Made by a program: the position numbers and the translations under genes
Assembly: GCA_965644265.1 (NCBI GenBank)
Contig: OZ286474.1
Span: forward strand, 58,962,001 to 59,026,000
Direction of reading: 5' to 3'
DNA: 64,000 nucleotides
From: Glycera tridactyla
Lineage: Eukaryota
Notes under the pieces: model-generated
What the model was told of the DNA's origin: nothing
The model's database searches: none
Seen by the model: only the letters and a program-made list of their open reading frames with translations
Shown: piece by piece, positions 39,945 through 53,567 of the stretch
Layout: every line of letters begins with the position of its first letter
How positions within the stretch are numbered: position 1 is the first letter of the stretch

Positions 39945-40117
39945 CAGTCGAACCCTCTCTAAAGAGCACTTCTCTTTGAAGACCACCGCTCTATAAAGGC
40001 CAACCTGAGCTGAGACCGTGGTACTGTTTTCAATAGTAAATGACCTCTCTATGAAGACCACCCCTATGAAGACTTTTTGGTGGGACCGAAGGCGGTCTTT
40101 ATTGAGAGGTTCGACTG
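39945..40117. mobile_element. MITE copy 3
   Basis: TA|CAGTCGAACCC...AGGTTCGACTG|TA; 173 bp; more diverged than the other copies. Confidence 0.88.
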
Positions 40118-41877
40118 TATATGGGCATGGCTGCGATCATTGACTCCTTCTTCTAACGGAAGTTGAACATTGATGAAACTCAATCATACTCAATCAAGGG
40201 TGACATTGCCAGTGACGTCGGAACTTGTGAATGAGCATTTTTCAACTTTTCGTTACACGACCGTGAGATGAACGATGGCATTCATACCGAGGACGACGTC
40301 GATGATGGCTATTGTTCGATTGTTTGACTTCCTTTGCCTTTCAACCTCACTATATTATATCAGATTGAACATGCCGAAGAGAGGAGAGACCGTTGCCGGG
40401 GCAAATGCCTCACTCTTTGCGTAGGAGAGCATTGGTTCTTTCACGTGCATACAGGAACAGACTCTCGTACACGCGGCCTGCCTTTGATGCCCCATTCGGG
40501 TTGGTTTGGTTTGTTAGGGGTTTAACGTCATGTCAGTTCAATTTGTGCTGTTGACTCTCCCCCAAAGCTCTCATGGTGTGCTCAAGTCATGGCTTACTAT
40601 TCTAATGGGCATGGGTTGGATCACTCAAGACTCCCCCATCTGGGTCCATAACCGAATGCAGAAATTCATGAAATTCGCATGCACTTGGTTGATGGCGATG
40701 AAGATGAAGAATTGACGAAATAAGCATTCGTGATGCTGACCATTACGACGAATATGACATCTGTCAAGGTCTTATATCACGACGGCGGTCAACACCCATA
40801 TAAGTCCTTCAACTGTCAGGGTCTCATATTGAAAAGAGGTTAGTTGGTTGGTACATGGTTTGACGTCACATCAGCTCCATCTGTGCTATATCGAGACGCA
40901 CATGCAATGGGCATGAGCTATGGAAAATGGTCTTCTGTGGACAGCACATCCAGCTTGGTCATGAGAGCCCGACAGATGTCTTTGATACAGAGCATATTCT
41001 GCTTGGAAGATATATGTCTTCGAGATAAAGGATGTCGTGTGGGTATGTCGTTGGGAAGGGTTATAGGCGAGTGCATACGTAAGTCAAATGTTGGATGACA
41101 GCCAGAAGTGTGGAAGGCGGCAAGCCGGTAAACACTATTCATCTCAGGGAGAAATTTATGTGACATCATCATAATAACATGACGCACATAAATAAAGGTA
41201 AACATCAATCACTAGATTCTCCTTCCATGGGCAATCTCCTCGTCCTTTTCAATCGGACGCAGGTAATCGTTACGACTCTGATTATTCATTATAGTCAACC
41301 TACAAACCGAGAAAAACTGGTAATATAACTGTGACCTAAATGTAGGATAGTCCAGGGCTCGACATAAACGCCTGTCCGAGTACTACTGGGGTTCTACGTC
41401 TTGTCTCGTACTATCAATCGATCGACCTGTGGAGTTGGTTGATTGGTTGGTTGGTTATTGTTTGACGTCACGTCAGCGCCATATGTGTTATATTGCGACG
41501 CCCATGGAATTGGCATGGAGGAGGAGTATCGCCCACTTGTGCACATGAAGAGAGTATTCTACCACATTCGGCCCGACAGTCTTTCCTTGAAGACCTAACA
41601 GACCAACTTTTCATCAAATCGGCATCACAGCTGCTCTCTCCTCCTTATCATCGCCCGTGTGGCATGGTTTCCACATTGTATACTCCTAATTGACCTGGTC
41701 TGGGTTGAAGGGACATCAGGCGTCACTCATATATTCGTTGTTTCACGTCTCTTGATTACCGTATGGGATACATAAAGACGCATATGCAACGGGCATGAGT
41801 GAGATGTTTGTTTGTTTGAGTTTCCTTTCAAATTTCTTGGGTTATATCAGACTGAAAAACTGAAAATACTGCAGAAA

Positions 41878-41995
41878 AGAGGCACCACTGCCAGAGACGG
41901 AACCTACTATTTGCGAAGGACAGCGCTTCTTTGATGTGCATACGGGATATTCCTTTAACATTCCAGTCAGCATGCATTGGGTTCCCACTGCGTCA
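41878..41995 (-). mobile_element. SINE-like family B, body fragment
   Basis: Aligns by eye with 14598-14710, 42594-42730 and 49215-49335. Confidence 0.55.
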
Positions 41996-44329
41996 CCCCT
42001 TACGACATGTAGGGATATAGGGGGGGGGGGGGGCATGCAGGGGTACACTCTTAAAATATAAATTTATGAGGCCTTCATGGGACTCATAGTTCTGGGAGGT
42101 ATTTGATTCGCAACAACGATATATGTCACGGTGTGTATTCATGAATAATGTACGTGTCGCCCTCATAATTGCATGAAGAACTGACGGACGAACAATGGGA
42201 AAGAAGCCATTCTGATTGCGAAATAGTCAGCATTCATAATCACATGGGGTTCATAGTCGACCGTACAATAATGCAGTTACATTTCATTCTAATGATGGTG
42301 CTGATTAGCATATTTGATTGGATACTAATGATGAATTATTTGACACTTTATTTGCCATTTGTTGCTAGGAGGCCAGTCAACCGTGACAAACCAAACCGCA
42401 TTGCTTAATGCGAGATTCCACAAGGACTCATCCGAATTTGGCTGGTTGTTCGTGGTTTTATCATCCTGACTGTATTGAGGCAGTCATGCCGTCGACAGGG
42501 GCGATGTGATTGAAGTGTCTGTTTGTTTGTGACAAACGTTCTTTCAATATTCTAGGGTCATATCGGATTGAGAAACTGTAAATGCTTAAGGAAGGAGGCA
42601 CCACGACCAGGTACAACCCCCTACTCTTTGCAACACATAGCAGTGGTTCTTTGGCGTGTATACAGAAATAGACTCCCATAAGCTAGGCCGGCCTTTGATA
42701 CCTCAGTTGGAATGCACTGGGTCCGTGATGGAAGGTGAAATGATCTGAAGATCACATCCGTAGTTCGACGTAAAATGGCATCAAAAAAGAAAAGAGAACG
42801 GTTGCGCAGATTTTGCTCCAATGACATGGTTCCAGAAGACCAACAAATTACTGTCTGTTACCGACCGGTTTTGAGAAATATTCTGGAGATATCATTCTGA
42901 GATTCAAACATCGATAATTCTGCTCATGATTCTGTCTCGTGAGAACCCCATGTCAATATTAGCATCAAGTATGTAAGATTAGTTAGTTGATTGATGTCTC
43001 GTGAGCACATGAGCACACTGGGCACATTTCAGGGAGTGCACAGTTTTGATTTTTGGAAGTAGCCGCTCAACATAGTCATGAAATAACTACTGCATAGAGT
43101 CAATCCCCCGGATATGGTCACTCAATACTGGTAAATCCTCCCCATAATAGCATTCCTCAGCAGCCAACCAATTACAAAGTTCACCGATTTTTGGATAACC
43201 GATGGTGACTCTTGCGCACAAGCCCGTTTTTTCATGGCTCATCAACACTCATCCAGCTCAGATGTTGATAGTAACCAGAATGTCAAAGATCCTGATGTGA
43301 GACAATTGAGAATGCGTGCGGTCGGACATAAAATCAATGAGTGGGAGATATGAGATAGGTATATAGATCCACACTAATCACATATACCAAAACGTGTGGT
43401 CGACTTTTGAAAAATCCCGAAACTTTGGATCAAAAGTCTATTGGTATACCATGCCTCTACCTACTCATTGCAGACTGGAACAAACTGACCTGCAAACCAT
43501 GAGCGACTCTCCCACCTATCCCAAGTCCAAATAAAGATCATTTTCTCACATATTCACCCTCCACCATGTGCTCGAAAAAGCCAGTGCCACGTGAACTGTC
43601 CTCAGAATCATTGTTGCACTTTGGTAGCTCACGCAGCACTGAACCACAAGCGATAGATCTACATAACCCACCGAGCTCCATTGAAAGAGTGTTCAGATGC
43701 GCTGTGCGACTTTGCATTGATATACGTATTCATCTATCACTCATTACATGGTGTAATGATTTGAATTGGATGAAAACTTTGGAGCCCGCCATGACTTGAG
43801 TTCGCTCCGTGATGGATGTGTCAACCTTTGTGTGGTACAGCGAGAGTATATAGGTTATCAGCAGCCGGGCTAGGAAAGCTTTGAAGTCAGGTCATTTATT
43901 AGTGATAATATCATATTTTATCGGCTCGCCATCAAATCATAACTGTCATCGCACCTTACAGTATATCCGTAATGATTTCAAGTACTTTTGTGCCAAATGA
44001 CTTTTAGCGATACGGTCCGATGAATTTGGATTGAAAACTTTATTTGAATTCGACTCGACGCGTGTCACGTGTCTTCAAGCTGTTTAGAATCACACATTTT
44101 TATCGGTACTTATATCTGAGGTCATGACTGAAATGCACGAGCCAACTTATGTGCATGCGCAGTACCAACAGGACACTGAAGCGTCTTCGTCGTCAGCGTC
44201 ATCACCATCGTCATTGCAATTGTTGTCGTCGTCATCGTCATCGTTATCGTTATCGTCATCATCGTTATCGCCATCTGCGACATCAAAGGTAGCTACAGCG
44301 GTCATGACTATAAGTACTAATGTATTCTG

Positions 44330-44680
44330 CAGATTGAATTCAATGCAATAACTACTCATGGAAGCAGAGAGATGTGCAGGGTAAATGCAATGCAATGACT
44401 GCCCATGAAAAGAGAAAGGTGTAATGACATAACAACTGAGGGGTGTGCAGAGTAAATGCAATGCAATAACTGCTCATGAAAGCAAAAAGGTGTGTAGAGA
44501 TAAAGACCGAGGGGTGTGCAGAGTAAATGCAATGCAATAACTGCTCATGGAAACAGATAGGTGTGTAGAGATAAAGACGGAGGGGTGTGCAGAGTAAATG
44601 CAATGCAACAACTGCTCATGAAAGCAGAAAGGTGTGTAGAGATAAAAACCACGGCTGGGGTAAATACAATGCAACGATAA
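44330..44680. repeat. 71-bp minisatellite, about 4-5 units
   Basis: GGGTGTGCAGAGTAAATGCAATGCAA.AACTGCTCATG... starts at 44441, 44512 and 44583 (period 71), with degenerate flanking units. Confidence 0.9.
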
Positions 44681-46363
44681 CTCAGCAAACATGGTAGGGG
44701 TGAATGCAAGGCAAAGATAACTCAAAAACGACTCAATTGCAGGAGTAAATCCGATGCAATGATTACTCAAAATCAGCTCCGTTGGCCGGAGCAATACCTC
44801 TATAATATGAAAAGATACAATTCTAATGTTCACAGACGTATCTCGAGGCATTTCCTGCCATAACTGTGACACATTGTTGGAATACGTGGATGTTGTGACC
44901 TGATTGATCAAGGGATATATTTGGACATTTGAAAGAGACCAGGTACTTTCAGAAGATCTGAATCAGGCTCATCTAGCACCAAAGGCCGGTTTATCAATGA
45001 CAAGGCATGTGTGTTCTTGTTTATCCTTCATGTACTTGAAAATACACCTTGTAATTTTATAGAAATTAGGGGGATCCATTGGCAGGGAAAGCTCTTTTCT
45101 GTTGTTGCTGCTGCTGTTGTCGTTGTTTTGGGTGGTAATTGTAATGGTGATGACGACGCCGATGGCGACGACGACAACAAAGGCGGTGAAGGTCGCGGAG
45201 AGAATTAACCTCACGACAACAACTATAACGATGATGTAGACGACGATGAAGATATATCGTTATCGTTGTTGTGCATTGGCATGTTCGTTTACTTGTCTTC
45301 TGAGGAAAAGCCTCTTCATGCGGTAATTTTGTAAAACGAGAATAAATAAAGTTTTTCAAATCGAGATGACAATGATGATGGCCAGGGGAACAACGATAAC
45401 GAAGATGACAACTTTACGAACGACAGCAGGTTAGTAGGAGGTGGATGTCCAGTTTGATAATTCACAGAGTATCATATACTCGCATCTTAATTACAGGGAA
45501 GCATATCAAGTACTATTCATTCAAATTTGAAAACAAGTTCTACAAAGAGCAAACAGAATTCTAATGGCATTCTGTCTGCCCATGACGCAATCTTCTGATA
45601 TCATACCCATACAAGATATCTGATATGTTACCACATTCAGCCTACCAAGACATGGTCACCTGCAAGCGTGCGATACTTCATCATCCGACTGACGGCCTCA
45701 CAAAGCCCCATGCCACTAGTGCTTTCAGTATCTCCCCACGACACCTACCGGCATTCAGTGCCTCCATACCCCATCCACGCATGATTGGCTTCATCAATGC
45801 AGACCTAAAATGCGTATTTGACCTACTCTACCGAAATGACTATTTAGCAGTGCACACAAAGTAAACTTTCGTTCTTGAGTGAAATGAATCTGTGGAGAGC
45901 ACGGATATGATTCGTTATCATATTTACGGTGATATGAATGTTACGACTGCATTTTCGCCATAATCGGTCAGTCATGATTGGTTTGTAATTCGCTTTGCGG
46001 GTACGTAACTGTGACTGCACATCACAAAGTAAGTCTTGTATCAATCGGGAGCCAATCATGCATGGCGTATATAAATTTACCGAACAATGCCAGAGGGTGA
46101 TATATGGTCATATCGGATTCCTACCAGGACCTTCACGTGCACACCATATCCCCACCTTACAACAACATGAATGCAACGTTATTGTCACACCTGGTGAATT
46201 GATTGATTGGTTATCATAGCACGTACCTACCGGGTATGCACAGACTTTATAACACACAGGATGTCCGATATTGAACTCTCAACCCAGACTCTGGACTTCT
46301 GGTTCCTGGTCCAGAGTGATCTCGAAATTAGCCCTATGGATCACCAGGGAAACTTCGGAGTGA

Positions 46364-46480
46364 TTGTTTATTTTGTTTGTTTTGTTAGGGGCTTAACGTC
46401 ACGTCAACTCCATCTGTGCTATATTGTGACGCCCATGCAATGGGCATGGGTGGGAACATTCAAGACTCCTCCTTCCGGGT
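46364..46480 (-). mobile_element. SINE-like family B, 3' tail fragment
   Basis: TTGTTAGGGGCTTAACGTCACGTCAACTCCATCTGTGCTATATTGTGACGCCCATGCAATGGGCATGGGTGGG; best-preserved copy. Confidence 0.6.
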
Positions 46481-49400
46481 CCCTAAGAGAAGGCGAAAGT
46501 CTATGAAATTCACAGACACTCGAGGCTTCGAATAGAGAGCACTACATCCGTATATCACCATGCTCCCCTTCCTGTATATTATGCCTTCAGTGAAATAGTA
46601 TTGCACAGGATTGAGCGATCGATCGATCGATTGATTGATCACCGACATACATCAACCCAGAGGAGTATGGCCACATGTCCCTGGTCAATGGAAGCTGGTC
46701 ATTCTGCCCCCTGCGAGCATCACTCTCACAAACCATAAACACGAGATTATGGGAACAGAAAGGTTACCAAGTGGGGGTAACTGGCAGTTCAGACACATAC
46801 CTTCACGCCTCACATAGACCTGAGTCACATATCAAACAAAAATCTCGTCCGCACTCAGTAAACCAGCAGGTCATTGAAGAAAGTCTGCTTGAGAATTACT
46901 TGACTTTCGGTACCTGCTCGCATTTTCTGTATCTGAGTGCACTGTAGCGAATATGTATATGGAATGTACTCATCTTGATCAGGACGCTGACGGGTGTTGG
47001 TGGGGTGTTTATGGGGGCTCCGCCACCTCAACAAAGACCTAATGACCTTGTATCCGCTTCTAATGTCAACATTTGACATACTGACTATATTGGGATATCA
47101 AACAGTAACAACATTTTTCATAATTATTGAATATTCATCTGACATTATTATTGATATGAAATGTTATCGTTTCACTGAGTCAGGTGATGTATCTTTTCCA
47201 GCAACGATATCAACCTGACTTTTGGAGTTCAGTGCCAGGAGAGGTCTCTTTCCAGGGGCCATGAATCTGTCACTCAAATTACCCTTATATGTTAATAATT
47301 GGGAGCGCCACCGTCTGAGGGTAACACCCCAGTTCCTCACCCCCAAATGCTGATTCACCGACTTATTCGCTACAGCGAGTGGCCCAGATGCAGTCACATC
47401 GATTCTCCACTAATCTTCTCCTCAGATTGCCCACATTCAAAAAGCTTCAACACCGAACTGTATGTCCAAATTGTACGGTCATTCGAGTCTCTTTCTGAAT
47501 GCACGTAAAAGAATGGCTGTTATATACATTGATATTAGGAATCAATTTCATATGCCCATAGATGAACCACTTATATGTTTTGAAGAGTATGGCATTGTCT
47601 CAAGCAGCAGGGCCGCTCGTCAGCTATCCTATATAACCTGTGATGCTGGAATAACACGAAGAAATATGATAAATGTCGACGTAATTTATCTTACTTTCCA
47701 CACATTAACAAGCAATGCTCGATTGATCCACAGTTCAGGCCCTTTATATTACGAGGTAAGATACCAGTAATGACCTTATGACCGTGACCTGATCTACACC
47801 GGTATTCACCCCACATCTTCTGCGGGGTGATTCTCACCCTAGAATCACAATACATTCTCGGACAATTAACTACTCAGCCATTAACTACATGTTGCAGATG
47901 CCTTACAATGATACAATGATCTTGACACTCCTTTCATGCATGTTTAATGTGTAGCGAGGAGCCCTCATATGCCCCTGCCTCTTTGATGCCATTCTATTCT
48001 CATGTCACGTGTGAGTGTGAATTCCTCAAAAGGATGCATCTCTTTTCGCATCCATGATAGAATCCAGACATACTTAAAATGAGCATCACACGCATTGCGG
48101 TCAACCCTGATGATGCCCCCCCCCCCCCCCATTTTCCATATCATTCCGCCTGGTACCCCTGGGGCAGGAATCACCTACACCCATTGTAACGTTGTCTCAA
48201 GAAGCTCAACAATGCCCCCCCCCATACACCCCACATTGGGCCTATCAACAAGTTCATTCAATCACCAATCAACTCTGAGTTACATAATTCCAGAAACGTT
48301 ACAAGATACAACTATGCCCATGATCGTGCGTGTGATCATTCCATGTATACGTTCACCGGATATGCCGTTCGCGCAGTTCGAACGACCCATATACCACCCT
48401 CACACACACACACACCGTTATATGAGACCTTGCAACAGTCCCATTCAATCATCAAGGTCAAGTTACATAATTTTGAAAACGTGGGACGTAACAGTCCCCC
48501 GTAATCGCATAATGCACACCCTGTTGGGACTGATGATAGTTTGTTATTGAGTCAGTCGATATCAAAGATGGGGAGTTCACAATGGATGATGTGGCGCCAT
48601 TGTGACAAGTGGTGTGATAAGGATGCAAGGAACAGACGCTAGATGTCACTTTCTGCGATAAAACGCCCAAACCACAGACACAAGATGTCACTTTCTCCAG
48701 AGGTAGAGTCCCCGCCTGAACCGATTATACCTCTCGGTTTACCTGCTCCAGCAAGATTATGATCGAGTCGATATATTTAAGAAACACTTTCCGGATGCAG
48801 GATATCAGTGATTGTCACAAATAGTCGAATCCTTGAGAGCATAAATAGCTTTCAACTAATCTCAAAATCTAGTCGCTTCGAAATTTCAAGATATCGCTTT
48901 TTCAACCCTTAAAAATCACATTTTTATCGGTTGGGACTTGCATGAATCTCATCCTTCCGTTTTGGACCCATATGAAGAAGCCTTGGATAATCTGAACGAT
49001 GGCGATTTTTTTTGCCGTCTCACTACAGCTCAAAAGTTACACAAGGGTCGCAAATCAACCATCCAACAAATCAGCAAACCGACCATCCAGCCAACCAACA
49101 CCCAATCCCTATCAGCTTCTCAACACGTGACTAATACTTTGATTAATTTGCCAGCAATGAATAGGCAATGATTTCAGGCTGTTGCATGTCAGTCTGTTTG
49201 TTTGTCTGAAGAAAAGAGACAGCGCTGCCAGGGGCACTCCCGCCTCTTTGCGAAAGGCAGGAGTGGTTCCTTTGCGTGCATACAGAAAACGACTCTCATA
49301 CACGCGCTTTGCTATCCCAATTGGCATGCACTGAGTTTTCGGCCTGTCCAGGGACCTGAATCATCATTATGGATTTGATCGTTTCAACCTTACACTGCCC

Positions 49401-50069
49401 TATTTTGAGACGTCCGAGCAAACAAACATGGGTGGTACTTTTCAAGACTCGTGAGTTCGCAACGGAAGGTGAAGCAATGTGAGGATTTCACGTTGATATC
49501 GATCAGATATTCGAACATAATGCGAGTACACAGGTGTGAATGTTTTCATTTTAGGTAAAACACAGCCCTTGAGTCATGTAATGGCAATACATCAATTTCG
49601 ACAAATACTCATCCAAAGTGTTCAGTCATGCAATGTCAATTTCGGCTTTACAATACAATATGCAGTATCCTTGCAGTACAATGCCACCACACTTAGATTT
49701 CTGGACTTAAATCCTGAAGAAGCTGAGAGCAAACTACATTTGTTGCAGCGTTTATTTGCAGATCTCTGAGAAATGTTGTCAGTCACCATGTGCAGGGTTT
49801 GTCCTCAGCAAAATGACACTATATATATATGATACATATAAATCGCTATTCCCCACGTGAGGCCCCTTTGAGCTCCGGGAGGAAAAGGTGCTATATTAAT
49901 GTACATTATCATTATTATTATCATTATTATCATTATCATTATTATCTTTATAATTATCATCATTGCATTCGTGTGAGAGGAGGAGACAAAACAAGCATTT
50001 CAGCTCCATTCTTCTTTCAATCACTCCCTGGTAACATTCACAGACTCGAGTATAAGAACAAAACCAATC

Positions 50070-50110
50070 CCATGAAGCTTTCCGGATATGAGGCGTCCTT
50101 CATCAGGTGG
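50070..50110 (-). ncRNA. Minimal type I hammerhead ribozyme motif (near-canonical copy)
   Basis: Minus strand: CCAC-CUGAUGA-A-GGA(CGCCUCAUA)UCC-G-GAAA-GCU-UC-AUGG, giving the core CUGANGA, a 3-bp stem II, GAAA, palindromic AAGCUU stem III and a UC site. Confidence 0.6.
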
Positions 50111-50627
50111 CTCTCATATGGCTGAGTCCAACCCGAGCACCAGGGAGCTCGAGCTACCCTGATGATGAAAACTGTGAGGAAGAATGGTGGTCATCAGGAT
50201 CTGCTGTGAGAGAGACATCTCGGTAAGAAGATAGTGGCTGTTTCTTCTGGAGAGGTAGTGGAAAAGTTGAAGGAGATCTGGTCAGCGTGGACATTTTGGA
50301 TCTGGATGTGGAAGCAAACCGACAGCAGGAATGGATATAGCCAGGCAAGTTAGATCCATAGATTCACTAGGTGCACACAAGAACGCTATCGTGATAGTAT
50401 GGATGTGTGTGTAAGTGTGTGCCAACGCCTTTCTCTAAGGAAGCTGCTGCCACGCTAGCCAGTCGGAGGAGGGCTTGGATTCCTAGGAATGCACTGGTGT
50501 CTCCTCGAGGGTTGTAATATTCATGTGAGAGAAGACACATCAAGCATTTCAACTACCTTCTTATTTCAATCACTCCCTGCCAGTCCCTGGTAACGTTCAC
50601 AAACTCGAGTACAAGAACAAAACCAGT

Positions 50628-50671
50628 CCGACGAAGCCTTTTGGACATGAGAGGCTTCCTTTTTCAGGTGG
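50628..50671 (-). ncRNA. Degenerate hammerhead ribozyme motif (second copy)
   Basis: Minus strand: CCAC-CUGAAAA-A-GGA(AGCCUCUCAUG)UCC-AAAA-GGCU-UC-GUCGG. Both core G residues are replaced by A. Confidence 0.4.
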
Positions 50672-51513
50672 CTCTGATATGGCTGACTCCAACCCGAGCA
50701 CCAGGGAGCTGGAGCTACCCTGATGATGACAAAATGTCCCTGAGGTAGGGTATCAAGGATTCATGTATATGAGTACTAAGGATCACACACTCTTAAGTAA
50801 ATTCCAGTTGATGATGGCTCCTGAAATAGAGACACTGTGTGAGGAATGTGCTCATTGTTATTATCATTATTACTATTATTATCACTATCATTATCCTTAT
50901 CACGCAGTAAACCTAGTTGAGGCAATAGGAAGCTAGAACTCGACTAGAACAGGCAAGGAAGCCATTAGAGCAGGCACGGAATACGGCGTTTCGCTCATTG
51001 ACATTGCTGCCGTATGGCGGGTAATTTTCATGAATTGAGAACACGTGAGAGACACAGGGCGTCGGTTATGAACATCAATCGTGCATGAAACCACTCGGGA
51101 GAAGACACACGCGGTACAGGATGAGACACACGCGACCACTCTATATGTGCACCAATCAACTGTAAACTAAACATACCTTTTATCTCGGGCAAGGATGAAA
51201 GAGCTCGTCACCGACAAGCCACGTGTGACACGGGAGGATATGTGGCAATATAAATATATATTTATTTCATCACGCTACTTGACAAAGCGTCATCATCGAC
51301 AACCCATCGACTGGCCATCAAAGAGAATACACATAAATCGACTTGAGGAATTGCTCGTTGCTTTGCCCACATTATTTATAGTGCNNNNNNNNNNNNNNNN
51401 NNNNNNNNNNNNNNNNNNNNNNNNNNNNNNNNNNNNNNNNNNNNNNNNNNNNNNNNNNNNNNNNNNNNNNNNNNNNNNNNNNNNNNNNNNNNNNNNNNNN
51501 NNNNNNNNNNNNN

Positions 51514-51895
51514 GGAAGACGGACGGACAGACAGACAAGCCGACAGATGGATGAACGAAGAGATGAATGGATGGACAGACGGACGGACGGACCGATGGAT
51601 GGACGGACGGTCAGATGGACCGTCGGATGGTTTGATGAGCCGACCGATGGACGGACGGACCATTTGACTGACCCATGGGCGGACGGACGGACGTGCAGAT
51701 GGACAGGCCAGCAGACAGGGGGCTGGGCAGACAGGCATGTGGACAGACGGGCGGATGGATAGATGGATGAATAGATGAATGGATGGATGGATGGATAGAT
51801 GGATGGATGTATGGATGGATGGGTGGATGGATAGACGGACAGGCAGACGGACGGATGGACGGGCAGATGGACGGGGGACAGACAGACAGACAGAG
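51514..51895. repeat. (GGAT/GGAC/AGAC)n microsatellite next to a gap
   Basis: Seen directly. Confidence 0.9.
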
Positions 51896-52869
51896 ATCAG
51901 TTTGTTGTTAGAGACCTACGCTGGATGGAAACAAAATGCCGACTCGGGTGATCCATCATGCAGGAAAAATATGGCTCAACCAACAGTCAGATGGAGGGAT
52001 GCGTGTACCAAAGAATACAAGGCTGATGGGGAGGGCGGTGGGTGATAAATTACAGTACAAACGGTATTTTTTCATATCAATTTTACAGTTATTCATCTGG
52101 TAGCACGTGCGGTGATTTAACCTTTGATCTGTTCCGACAATCGTCACACGAGCGTCACATGACACACCTCTCTATCACCGGAACCACCTCGTGTGACGCA
52201 AAATTACAGAGACACCATATTGAACGGCTTCACACTTACCAGGGAGCACACTGCCTTTGTCTCCTACCACTCCTACACAACAGTCAGATGGGTTCGTACC
52301 ACCCGGTCTTCCCCAGGTAATACACCTGAGCTCGACAAAACATCAAACATGAATTTATGATATTTCGTGACTTATCCTCCCTTAAAAATACACAAATGCA
52401 TTTCTCATAACAATTCAGATCCCTAGAAGAGAGATACACAAAATAGTATTCTATTGGAATACAATTATCTTCCCAGAACATTACTTCCTATCCTGAGCGG
52501 GAAATACGGAATAGAGACGGGTAATTCCAAAGTATGCCATGCGTACCACCGTTTCCTGTCTGACAATTACTTTCACGGCAATGCGGCAACTGTCAAATTG
52601 GAAGTAACGCGTGTCTTGAAGCAATTTGTGTTGTCTCATTCGCTTCATTGATTTAAGATGAGTCGATGGAAGGCTTTGATCCTGTTTTTATTGCATTTCC
52701 ATTGTTCCCATGCCGATGCCAAGCTATTGTGCAAAGTTCAAGAAAATACAGGCCTTCTACTCCGACGACTGTCCAACTTGTATTGGGCGGCTACTCTCGG
52801 TTATAAAGCCTCTCATATTCTGATGGGCGCCGCCATTTTGAGAAATCAGCTGATGTGACGGGGATGTGT

Positions 52870-53205
52870 CATCGCAGCTTTGTGTAGTCACTCCGGTTCT
52901 CAAGTGAACACCATTGTTTGCAACTGTGAGCAGGGATCCTGCTTGGACGGGTAACCAAAATGAACAAGGTTCGCCCATCAACACCAAACCTGCACCACTC
53001 CACTTCACCCAGGTATAAAAGGGTATTGAGCTAAAGGCAGTAATGGTGATTGTCGAGTGCTCAGCTCATGCATTGATTCTGCGTTCATGGTTGAATCCCC
53101 GGGGAGATGAGAAAGGCTCAAGCTTGAACAGGCCTGCCAAGGTATTTAACGTTAAAGTCGGGTGAGCTTGCTAAGGATACCAGATCGTGAACCAGTACAT
53201 TTACA
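52870..53205 (+). mobile_element. SINE family A copy 3
   Basis: CTCCGGTTCTC (52891), CTTGGACGGGTAACC (52942), CTTCACCCAGGTATAAAAGGGTA and CCCCGGGGAGATGAGAAAGGCTCAA; aligns with copies 1 and 2. Confidence 0.65.
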
Positions 53206-53389
53206 CCATCTGGGTGATATGTGAGAAAAATGAGTTTAATGGCATGTATCAACCCGAATGAGTACGTATGCCGTATGTTCCTGGTCTATGGGAGCTGGAT
53301 GTTCTGTCCCCTGCAGGCATCATATTCTCAAACCGTCAATATGAATGATGATGGGGAACCAGAGAGAAGTTGCTGACTGTTCATATATA

Positions 53390-53567
53390 CAGTCGAACCT
53401 CCATTAAAGACCACCTCTCTATAAAGACCACCTCCCTATAAAGACCACCCTGAACTGCGACCGTGGTAGTATTTTCAACAGTAAATGACCTCCCTATAAA
53501 GACCACCTCCCTCTAAAGACCACTTTTTGATGCGACCGAAGGCGGTCTTTATAGAGAGGTTCGACTG
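53390..53567. mobile_element. MITE copy 4
   Basis: TA|CAGTCGAACCT...AGGTTCGACTG|TA; 178 bp. Confidence 0.9.

Larger units (their letters stand above)
49967..50735 (-). mobile_element. Penelope-like element relic with two ~200-bp direct repeats (pseudo-LTR-like)
   Basis: Direct repeats at 49967-50168 and 50519-50728, each holding a minimal hammerhead-like motif on the minus strand. No intact ORF. Confidence 0.55.
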
